Source: an uncultured Candidatus Saccharibacteria bacterium
Lineage (GTDB): Bacteria; Patescibacteriota; Saccharimonadia; Saccharimonadales; JAGQNJ01
Direction: 5' to 3'
Assembly: GCA_964426845.1 (NCBI GenBank)
Contig: CAYRSA010000004.1
Coordinates: 61,845 to 125,844, forward strand
DNA length: 64,000 nt
The notes beneath the pieces are model-generated. The model was not told the origin of the DNA, searched no databases, and saw nothing but the letters and a program-made list of their open reading frames with translations. Shown here piece by piece: positions 48,970 through 56,338 of the stretch (the first letter of the stretch is position 1; each line of letters begins with the position of its first letter). Made by a program: the position numbers and the translations under genes.

Positions 48970-50399
48970 AAGACTCGCACCTTTATGGTATCGGTAGTGC
49001 CGACTACACCCGGATAGTGGCCAGAAGCCGTCACGATAATGTCATCTTTTTTGAGAACTTTGTTATTGCGCAACCAATTAGTCAACTTAGTAGCTGCAAA
49101 CTTGTCGACCGGTCGCTGATAGCTCTTAACCCCGTAGACAATAGCCAGCTGGTTAGTCGTGGTTTGATCTGAAGTCACCGCAATAACCGGCTTATTGGGT
49201 CTAAACGAAGCGATCTGAATAGCCGTAGTCCCCGATTTGGTCTCGGCCACAATAGCTTTGGCTCCAACCGTCTTGGCCAGACCGATAATTGCCGCTGATA
49301 TAGCATTGGCCTGGACATCAACATCCTCCAGTTCGGCAAATGAAGCCTTGACTGTCGAATTATTCTGGGTGTATAGGATCACCCGCTTCATCACTTTAAT
49401 GGCTTCAATTGGATACTGGCCGACAGCCGTTTCATCCGACAACATAGTAGCATCAGCACCAACAATGACCGCCGTGGCCACGTCGGAGACTTCGGCTCGG
49501 GTGGGCTCGGGTTGTTCGGTCATGCTAACCAACATTTGCGTAGCCACAATGGTCGGCTTTTTATACTTTCTACCCAAGCCAATTATATGCCTCTGCAAAA
49601 CGGGCACTGATTCCGGTAAAGTCTCCACGGCCAAGTCGCCCCGGGCAATCATCACCGCATCAGTTGCTTGGATAATTTCTTCTAAGTTATCAATGGCGGC
49701 TTTTGTCTCCACTTTAGCAATAATCCGAGCCTTGGAGCCCAGACCTCTCAACAAAGTGCGCAGGTGCTCGATATCCCGAGCCGACTGCACAAAACTCTGA
49801 GCCACGTAGTCAACGTCCTTCATGGAACCAAACGCCAAATCTTTCTTATCCTTGGGCGTGATAACATCGCCCTCAAAGTCGGTGTCCGGCAAGTTTAGGC
49901 CTTTGCGCCTGATCAACATGCCGGCGTTCTCGGCTTTGACATGAACCACACCGTCAATAACGCTAGTTACGACTGTCTCGATTTTGCCGTCAAACATAAA
50001 TATACGATGACCGCGCTTAACTTTCTTGGATAAGTCGTATTGAGTAGGAATCATGCCACTACGCTGATAATCAGCCTGGTATTTGAGCTGCATATTCTGC
50101 CCCGGCTGAATCTGGATTACCCCGTCGAAATCACCTAATCGTATTTTGGGTCCTTGTAAGTCCTGGATTATAGCCACCGGCTTGCCATATTCTTTAGCTG
50201 CTTGGCGGATCCACTTTATTTGCTCTTGATGAGACTCATGGGTGTTGTGGCTAAAATTCAACCGAAAACCGTTAGTGCCCTCTTTGAGCATAGCCAAAAT
50301 AGCTTCGTAGCTGGCCGTAGCCGGCCCAATAGTGGCGATGATCTTGGTCCGCTTAAATTGATTAATAGGTACGCGAGGTACCGTTTTGGTCGTATCCAT
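48966..50399 (-). CDS. pyk: Pyruvate kinase
   Basis: TIM barrel plus C-terminal domain with PK active-site motifs (ATIGPA, MIARGDLAVE). Confidence 0.9.
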   Translation of the reverse strand: MDTTKTVPRVPINQFKRTKIIATIGPATASYEAILAMLKEGTNGFRLNFSHNTHESHQEQIKWIRQAAKEYGKPVAIIQDLQGPKIRLGDFDGVIQIQPGQNMQLKYQADYQRSGMIPTQYDLSKKVKRGHRIFMFDGKIETVVTSVIDGVVHVKAENAGMLIRRKGLNLPDTDFEGDVITPKDKKDLAFGSMKDVDYVAQSFVQSARDIEHLRTLLRGLGSKARIIAKVETKAAIDNLEEIIQATDAVMIARGDLAVETLPESVPVLQRHIIGLGRKYKKPTIVATQMLVSMTEQPEPTRAEVSDVATAVIVGADATMLSDETAVGQYPIEAIKVMKRVILYTQNNSTVKASFAELEDVDVQANAISAAIIGLAKTVGAKAIVAETKSGTTAIQIASFRPNKPVIAVTSDQTTTNQLAIVYGVKSYQRPVDKFAATKLTNWLRNNKVLKKDDIIVTASGHYPGVVGTTDTIKVRVL

Positions 50400-50461
50400 T
50401 ACTGATACTAGTGTACTTGCTTATGCTTAGTCAGTTCAAGGGGGCAATTCAAGTATATTAA

Positions 50462-50590
50462 CTAGGGGCGACCAGTTGGCCTTGGCCTGTTGCCCTGTAG
50501 GCGCGTAGGATTTAAAGGTCCCCATACCCTACTGCCACCGGTTCGGCTTTGTGGGCTTGCTGCTTTAGCTGTTTTCTTCTTTGCTGCCAT
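50462..50590 (-). CDS. Candidate 42-aa very basic small ORF (MAAKKKTAKAASPQSRTGGSRVWGPLNPTRLQGNRPRPTGRP) in the pyk leader
   Basis: ATG preceded by AAAAAAGGGGAACAAA (SD-like, 6-nt spacing). Below the ORF-track cutoff. Coding status unproven. Confidence 0.3.
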   Translation of the reverse strand: MAAKKKTAKAASPQSRTGGSRVWGPLNPTRLQGNRPRPTGRP

Positions 50591-50760
50591 TTTGTTCCCC
50601 TTTTTTGTTTTGAGCTTTACAGGTCTATGCTACGCCTCTGTTGCTTATCTGTCAATGTAACTGGTGATCTCAGGGACAGGTTACTTCGCAACCGTTTGCC
50701 TTCGCCTCACGAACGAACCACCTGACGGCGTTCGATAATTCTCTTCGACAATAGCACCAC

Positions 50761-50784
50761 GCAAAACACCCACTTTTGTGGGTG
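50761..50784 (-). terminator. Rho-independent terminator after tRNA-Glu (stem CACCCAC/GTGGGTG, loop AAAA, then UUUUGC)
   Basis: Hairpin plus U-tract 7 nt after the tRNA 3' end. Confidence 0.6.
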
Positions 50785-50791
50785 CTATTCT

Positions 50792-50866
50792 TGGTGATTC
50801 CAAGGGGAATCGAACCCCTATTTCCAGGATGAAAACCTGGTGTCCTAACCGTTAGACGATGGAACC
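50792..50866 (-). tRNA. tRNA-Glu (anticodon UUC), CCA encoded
   Basis: Cloverleaf reconstructed by hand: acceptor GGTTCCA/TGGAATC, D-arm TCGTCTAACGGTTAGGACA, anticodon stem CCAGG/CCTGG with loop TTTTCAT, T-arm AGGGG-TTCGATT-CCCCT, discriminator A, then CCA. Confidence 0.9.
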
Positions 50867-50885
50867 AAAATATCTCGGCTAGGCC

Positions 50886-50894
50886 ATTATAACA
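50886..50894 (-). promoter_or_regulatory. Extended -10 (TGTTATAAT) for tRNA-Glu, within the CTCTGTTATAATGG motif
   Basis: Lies ~19 nt upstream of the tRNA 5' end and abuts the upstream terminator. Confidence 0.45.
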
Positions 50895-50897
50895 GAG

Positions 50898-50924
50898 AAA
50901 GACCCCTTTTAGGTAGGGGTCTTT
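50898..50924 (-). terminator. Rho-independent terminator of the LPXTG-protein operon (stem AAAGACCCCT/AGGGGTCTTT, 7-nt loop)
   Basis: 10-bp GC-rich hairpin followed by a U-rich tract on the minus strand. Confidence 0.55.
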
Positions 50925-51027
50925 CTGTAGGTTTTTGAGCGGTCAGTCAATGCTCTTTTTCTTATCTGCATTAACCTTAGCACATTACCCACGTTTTTGC
51001 TAGTGGTTATCCACAGCGATCCGAGGC

Positions 51028-52089
51028 TTAGTTAAAGCGTCGAGCCAACACGAATCGGTAAGCTAGGCTTCCAGCAACTGATACAGCTGTGAAGATTCCT
51101 AACATGCTACCCATTCCAGTGTCTGGCAAAGTAGTAGTAACTGTTGGAGGAGGAGTAACCACTGGTGGCTTCTCGCCTTCGAATGTTACTTCTGAAGTAC
51201 AGGCCGAACTAGCAACCCACTTAGTCTCACCGTCAGTAAACTTAACTTGTACCCGGCTGACGATCTTGTAAGTACCATCTTTGGCGTACGTGTGCTCGGC
51301 ACTTTGTGAGGTTGAAGTCGAACCATCGCCCCAGTTAATCTCGTAACCGATGATCTGACCGTTAGTAACTCCGCCCTGAACATTAGCAGTTACACGTCGG
51401 TTGTCGTGAACCTGGATACTAACTGCCTTACATACGGCATCTTTTACTGGTGGAGCTTTCTTCTTAACAACTACGTCGATAGCTACAACCTCATGATGAG
51501 CGTTACAGCCTCGCAGTGTACCACCGCGAATGGCGTCTAGGCCAACACCTGTAGTTACTACGCTGTCAGATAGAGGAACTACCGCGTAGCAGCTCTCTGG
51601 TGGGTAATCGAAGCCTGTTTCACAAGCTGGATTTCCGTCAGCAGCACCCTTGTTGTACTTGAACTTAGCTGTACCTGGAATGTATTCGACAGTTGTGCTT
51701 TCAGGGGCAGTGTTTACAGTAGTGGTGTCGCTAATAGTTGGAGCGTTGTCAGCACTAGAAATTCCAGTGATGCCGTGGCTTTGGGCCTCTGTAGAAGGCA
51801 CTACGAAACGAACTTTTACATTGCTAGCTTGAGGGCCAGCTGGGTTTTCACGGTTGTGTTGCCACAACTGAACTCGAACTACGTCGTTGGCCTTAGCGTT
51901 AGTTGTGTCTTTGTATACAGTTTCACCTGCAGTAATGTTTCGTGACTGAGTCCAGCCCTCCCAGGTTATCTGGCTCTGTTGTGCGCTAACTAGCGGCATG
52001 AATACTGCCGATAGAGCGATCGCACTAGTTACAGCAACAGCGACTAAGCCCTTGGCTGAAACCTGCTTGATCTTATTTAGTATGTTCAT
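51028..52089 (-). CDS. Sortase-anchored (LPDTG) surface protein with a PKD domain
   Basis: Signal peptide, PKD motif INWGDGSTSTSQSAEHTYAKDGTYKI, and a C-terminal LPDTG + hydrophobic helix + RFVLARRFN sorting signal. The start is placed at the second ATG (MNILNKIK), which has an AAGGAG SD. Confidence 0.8.
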   Translation of the reverse strand: MNILNKIKQVSAKGLVAVAVTSAIALSAVFMPLVSAQQSQITWEGWTQSRNITAGETVYKDTTNAKANDVVRVQLWQHNRENPAGPQASNVKVRFVVPSTEAQSHGITGISSADNAPTISDTTTVNTAPESTTVEYIPGTAKFKYNKGAADGNPACETGFDYPPESCYAVVPLSDSVVTTGVGLDAIRGGTLRGCNAHHEVVAIDVVVKKKAPPVKDAVCKAVSIQVHDNRRVTANVQGGVTNGQIIGYEINWGDGSTSTSQSAEHTYAKDGTYKIVSRVQVKFTDGETKWVASSACTSEVTFEGEKPPVVTPPPTVTTTLPDTGMGSMLGIFTAVSVAGSLAYRFVLARRFN

Positions 52090-52128
52090 GATTTTATTCT
52101 CCTTGAATAGCATTATCGTTAGTTAGTC

Positions 52129-53328
52129 TTACAGGTTACTTGGTGGGCCAGTGCCAGGTGGGTGAGTTGGGGGTACAGTCGAGGTTGTTGTAGGAGGTGG
52201 CGGGATGTAAATAGACGTAGTTGTGGTTGTCGTAGGTGGGTGGTAAATACTTGTTGTGGTGGTGTTACCAGGACCGGGGCCGGGGCCGGGGCCGGGGCCA
52301 GGACCAGGGCCAGGACCAGGGCCGGGGCCAGGGCCAGGACCAGGGCCGGGGTTACAGCTACCGCAAGTGCTGGTTCCGCAGCCTCTACCACCACATGTAC
52401 CATTCTGGTCACCGTTAGTTTCACCGCGATCAGGACCTTGTCCACCTCGGTTACTGCCACCTTCTTGGTTGTCGATAGCTTCAGCTAATTCATCAGATTC
52501 GTCTAATGTGAATGTTCCAGTCTCGATTGGTGCTCCTCTCAAGAATACATCGCCCTCGTCAGCCAATAGAGCCGGTGCAAAACCGTCAATAGGAGTTCCG
52601 TCTCCGGTTTCGCGGCTGGTACTGTTCAAAGCGAATTCTACGCCAGACAGAGGTGCATCATCAGCAATTACTAATTCGGATACTCGCATACCAACAAGTC
52701 GCCAGTTGCCGTCCTCGTCAGTCTCTCGAATAGCTCTAAGGTGAGTTACAGTTTCGCCTCGAGCCCAATCAGTGGTACTTTCACCGGTTTGCCTCATTAT
52801 CTGGTAGGTTCTGGTGCAGTCTTCTCGTGCTATATCTTCACCACCATTAGATCGATATACAGCCAAAGTGTTTTGGAAAGCCTCGCCGACATTGTAATCA
52901 GGGTCAATGCGATCGCCATCTGTGGCCGGGTTAGTGATAGCTGCCACAAAGGCCGCTAGTGAAACGTTATCAATATTATGCCCCAGAGGTCCAACTCCAA
53001 AAAGTTGATTGATTCGTTCAACAGCTGCAGAGTTGTCTTCGGTTGGCTGTTCGGCCATAGGCACAAGTCCTGTTTGAGTCCAATCTTCTAGATTGCCCTC
53101 GGCTCGCACTATGCTCGCGTTGTCACAGTCTTCGCCAGTGTCAACTGTACCGTCAAATTCAGTATCATCAGCAGAGCTAGCGTCATCTCCAGTTAAACGA
53201 TCATATGCAAGTACGCCTCCGGCAATTGTTAGACTGGCTACTGCAAATACTGCTACGGGCTTGGCCATACGGCTCATTAAACCGCGTTGCTCCTCTTGTT
53301 CTACTTGTGGGGCGTGTACTTCTGACAT
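52129..53328 (-). CDS. Secreted/membrane-anchored protein with a (Pro-Gly)14 linker and a Thr/Pro-rich C-terminal tail
   Basis: N-terminal hydrophobic anchor, ~280-aa acidic domain, Cys cluster, PGPGPG...x14, then TTTTSIY/PPPP repeats. A GGAGGA SD precedes the ATG. Confidence 0.6.
   Translation of the reverse strand: MSEVHAPQVEQEEQRGLMSRMAKPVAVFAVASLTIAGGVLAYDRLTGDDASSADDTEFDGTVDTGEDCDNASIVRAEGNLEDWTQTGLVPMAEQPTEDNSAAVERINQLFGVGPLGHNIDNVSLAAFVAAITNPATDGDRIDPDYNVGEAFQNTLAVYRSNGGEDIAREDCTRTYQIMRQTGESTTDWARGETVTHLRAIRETDEDGNWRLVGMRVSELVIADDAPLSGVEFALNSTSRETGDGTPIDGFAPALLADEGDVFLRGAPIETGTFTLDESDELAEAIDNQEGGSNRGGQGPDRGETNGDQNGTCGGRGCGTSTCGSCNPGPGPGPGPGPGPGPGPGPGPGPGPGPGNTTTTSIYHPPTTTTTTSIYIPPPPTTTSTVPPTHPPGTGPPSNL
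52268..52351. repeat. 84-nt tract of 14 imperfect hexanucleotide repeats (CCRGGN)14 encoding the (PG)14 linker
   Basis: Seen directly in the sequence. Confidence 0.9.
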
Positions 53329-53489
53329 ATTTTCCTCCAGGGCTTTTCTGTAGCCCTTTAACTTCTTAACAAAACTCTTTCAAAACGATCTATCACCGTT
53401 ACTTACATCAGTTTACCACATATTTATGATAATAGCAATACTTTTTTCTAACATTATTTACTATACCTCAAAAAGCTTATGCTAAACAA

Positions 53490-54311
53490 TTAAGCCAGTT
53501 GGCGAATGGCTTCAGCTATCTCTGTGTCAGCAATATCGGCGTCGTAACCATGCCTGTCGCGAGAGGCTACCACGCTGGCAACGCCAGCGCCGGCGGCTTC
53601 TAGGCTGGCAACTATTTCTTCATGTCGCTGTTGTAGCCCGGCGTTGAAGGCTCGCAACTTTCGCTTATTTCTGGGGTCAATCTCGGTCAGGCCCGCCACA
53701 ACAATTGGACGCCTCAAACCCTCGGGTATGCGCCTTTCAAGCGGGTGGTTGAGCTTTACGGCCACCAATGAGTCTTGTACCTGGTCACGACTAAACCGTA
53801 GTTTACCGAAACTACTAATTACAAAGGTTAATCCGTCAAAAACCACTTGTTTTATTGCATCGGCTGTAGCCTCGGGGCTATCAGTATGGATTTTCTTGAC
53901 TTCAAGGTCCAAATCTCTTGGGATGGCATTGCCAATGGCATAAGCCTCGACAACATCTGATATACCTGGTAGGGCCTCGCTAATTGCCTCGCCTATATCT
54001 TCCCCGAGTCTGCGCTTGGCATCAGCGAAAGCTTGGTGCTGCACAGTGCTGGTGTAGTCTGTAACAACGTTAATGTGCAGGGGTTTAACTGGTGAGACCA
54101 CTTTTACTTGATACTCGTCCAAGACCGCAGCCATAGGAGCTAAGTGGTCGATGGCATCGACAGGATCCCTGTCGGGGTTAAAGGCTCGGTAGCCGAGTTG
54201 TAGGCCAGGAACACCGGTCATGAGCGTCGGCGCCATGTGATCACCGACACCCATGGTGCGGTTGGACATAACCTCAGCGAACGCTTCTTCGGTCCTAGGC
54301 AAGTATGACAT
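53490..54311 (-). CDS. MoxR-operon-associated protein of unknown function (possibly DUF58-like), 273 aa
   Basis: Assigned by context only: 12 nt downstream of the MoxR-like gene. No motif confirmed. Confidence 0.4.
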   Translation of the reverse strand: MSYLPRTEEAFAEVMSNRTMGVGDHMAPTLMTGVPGLQLGYRAFNPDRDPVDAIDHLAPMAAVLDEYQVKVVSPVKPLHINVVTDYTSTVQHQAFADAKRRLGEDIGEAISEALPGISDVVEAYAIGNAIPRDLDLEVKKIHTDSPEATADAIKQVVFDGLTFVISSFGKLRFSRDQVQDSLVAVKLNHPLERRIPEGLRRPIVVAGLTEIDPRNKRKLRAFNAGLQQRHEEIVASLEAAGAGVASVVASRDRHGYDADIADTEIAEAIRQLA

Positions 54312-54322
54312 TGTAAGTCTCC

Positions 54323-55321
54323 TTAGACTGCCGCAACTATTTCGTCGACAATCTCAGTGGCTTTGCGGCTATCCCGCTGGAGCATACCGGCTTGGGCGCC
54401 AGCAACCAGTCGGATTGAGCGGATTACATCTTCTTCGCGAACCGCTGTTTTGCCTTCAAGAGCAGCGATAGTCATAGCCGCTAGACGGTTGTGCTTACTC
54501 AAGCGCGGGATCGATTCATAGATTCCGTTGGCAGCTAGAACTGCTTTGGTTTTCTTAACCAATGCGCGCGATAGCGGCTTAACGTCACCATTGAGTATGG
54601 TTCCTCCTGTTCGAAGTAAAGCCTGGAAAGCTCGTAGTTCTTCGACTGAAGTAACGGTTTTGATTTGGTCCGGTTGCGGTAACCAGCCGTCATCAATGGC
54701 ATCGTGGATCTGATCTTGCTCGGCTTCTGGTCCATTACCCATCACAGCGCCAATGGCGTGCCGTGAGGCCATGGCCACTGAAACTTCCATGGTTCCTTGC
54801 TTTTTCTCGCCCGGGTTCATAGTTGAGGCAATCCATAGCAAATCTAGGTTTGTTCGGCCGGCCGTTGTATCAAGTGTTCCCGACTCGAAGGCTTCTAGGG
54901 ATGTATTCAGGGTATGAGAGTTACCACGGTTAATCTCGTTAGCCCATATTACTAGACTGCTGGGCTTGATGATTGGCTGAACATTGGATCCTACAACTTC
55001 GTGAGTAGTATTGCCAGCGGCATCTGTAACGTCTTTTTCAAGTTCCACGCGGCCACCAACCAATTCTTTTGGTGTCAAATCTGGCTCTGGAGGTATAGCC
55101 GCAATACGGTCACCATCCAAACCTTCTACTAATAGCGGCAAGTGCTCACCAAGAGTAGTCTTACCACCACCTGGCGAACCAAAAAATACCACATTTAAAC
55201 CCGCAGCCATAGCCACAAGTGCAGCCAATTTGGCTTCTTGCTCATTAATAAGCGTGCGAGCATTAAGCTCAGTCATCGCGTCTGTATAAAATTCGTGAAT
55301 TCGTCCTTCGATATGTCCCAT
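54323..55321 (-). CDS. MoxR-like AAA+ ATPase
   Basis: Walker A GSPGGGKT; a MoxR-type Walker B/sensor block VIWANEINRGNSHTLNTSLEAFESG (compare MoxR LLADEINRA...ALLEAMQE), with Asn in place of the Walker B Asp. Confidence 0.7.
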   Translation of the reverse strand: MGHIEGRIHEFYTDAMTELNARTLINEQEAKLAALVAMAAGLNVVFFGSPGGGKTTLGEHLPLLVEGLDGDRIAAIPPEPDLTPKELVGGRVELEKDVTDAAGNTTHEVVGSNVQPIIKPSSLVIWANEINRGNSHTLNTSLEAFESGTLDTTAGRTNLDLLWIASTMNPGEKKQGTMEVSVAMASRHAIGAVMGNGPEAEQDQIHDAIDDGWLPQPDQIKTVTSVEELRAFQALLRTGGTILNGDVKPLSRALVKKTKAVLAANGIYESIPRLSKHNRLAAMTIAALEGKTAVREEDVIRSIRLVAGAQAGMLQRDSRKATEIVDEIVAAV

Positions 55322-55330
55322 AATAACTCC

Positions 55331-56263
55331 TTATTTACTCGTTCTATTTACTAATAATGATAAGCTTCCACGCTGCTTCATATAAGCCAACCAGCTAGTT
55401 GCAAAAAACGCGCCTGTGATTCGCAAGAACCAGTCGGTTTTATCGCCCTCGGCCTTATCTGCTTCGACAGCCGATTCCTGCAGGGAATCTTCTAGGCCAG
55501 CAATAACAGCCTCGGCAGTTCCCTCTTGACGACTGAAGTACTGGCCGCCGGTCTGCTCGGCCAACTCTTCCAGTCCTCTTATGGTTGAATCGCTAGTGTT
55601 CTCGGTTGGGGCTACATTAACTACGCTAATTGGAATGTTGTCTTCTTCGGCTTGACGAATAATTGGCCGGGTGTTCCCGATTCCATGCCCGGCGGTGATA
55701 ATAACTATACCTCCACCATCGGCCTCTGCCCGAGCAATGCGAATATTGTCTAGGCCAGTAGTTGTTGCCAAGCCAATCGGCGCATCTCCCAGGGGTTGAT
55801 GCTGGCGGACTTCGTCAGTTTCGGCCGGCTCAACGGTTCCACCTCTAGCAATAAGAGCTGAGACATCGACACCTTCAGTTTCACCTATCTCACTGGTTAA
55901 TCGGACTGCTCTCTCGTAGGCTTCTCCGTCGTTTAGTATGGTCGCGCCAGACGCATCAACAACTACCTCAACGGCAGCTGGTTTGGTCTGACTGTCGGCT
56001 GGAGGACTCCAGGCATAGGCGTTTAGAGCCGCAGTTACCCCAGTGAATACACCAACCATCGCTGCTCCCACAGCCCTGCTAGTCCGGGTTGGCGGGTTTG
56101 GCAGGTCTACCATGGCGTCTTCGCTCAAAACTAAACGCTCTTCTTGATCCTGGCGCTGATGCTTAAGTTCAAGTCCAACGCCTAAAACAAAACCAGGCAC
56201 GGCCGCTACATACGGCACGTAAGCTGCTGTGAATTCAATTGTCTCACCTATGGGTCCTGGCAT
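55331..56263 (-). CDS. Membrane protein with a VWA-like domain (degenerate MIDAS), N- and C-terminal TM segments
   Basis: VWA-like blocks VVVDASGA, IVIITAGHG, VVNVAPT, GGQYFS. The MIDAS DxSxS reads D-A-S-G-A. Confidence 0.5.
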   Translation of the reverse strand: MPGPIGETIEFTAAYVPYVAAVPGFVLGVGLELKHQRQDQEERLVLSEDAMVDLPNPPTRTSRAVGAAMVGVFTGVTAALNAYAWSPPADSQTKPAAVEVVVDASGATILNDGEAYERAVRLTSEIGETEGVDVSALIARGGTVEPAETDEVRQHQPLGDAPIGLATTTGLDNIRIARAEADGGGIVIITAGHGIGNTRPIIRQAEEDNIPISVVNVAPTENTSDSTIRGLEELAEQTGGQYFSRQEGTAEAVIAGLEDSLQESAVEADKAEGDKTDWFLRITGAFFATSWLAYMKQRGSLSLLVNRTSK

Positions 56264-56272
56264 AACCCGTTT

Positions 56273-56301
56273 ATATTACATTATCCTTGTGCTTATGTCA
56301 A
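56273..56301 (-). promoter_or_regulatory. Promoter for the VWA/MoxR operon: -35 TTGACA, 17-bp spacer, -10 TAATAT (TGTAATAT), ~9 nt before the ATG
   Basis: Read from the sequence between the HK stop (56339) and the VWA start (56263). Confidence 0.5.
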
Positions 56302-56338
56302 GTACTTTGTATTGAATAATAGCTGTGGTCCGGGGTGG

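Noticed and set aside
52162-52744. Plus-strand ORFs rich in Gly/Arg and PGPG through the repeat tract
   Set aside because: Frame artefacts of the (CCRGGN)14 repeat. The minus-strand frame has an SD, a signal anchor and continuity with a large domain.
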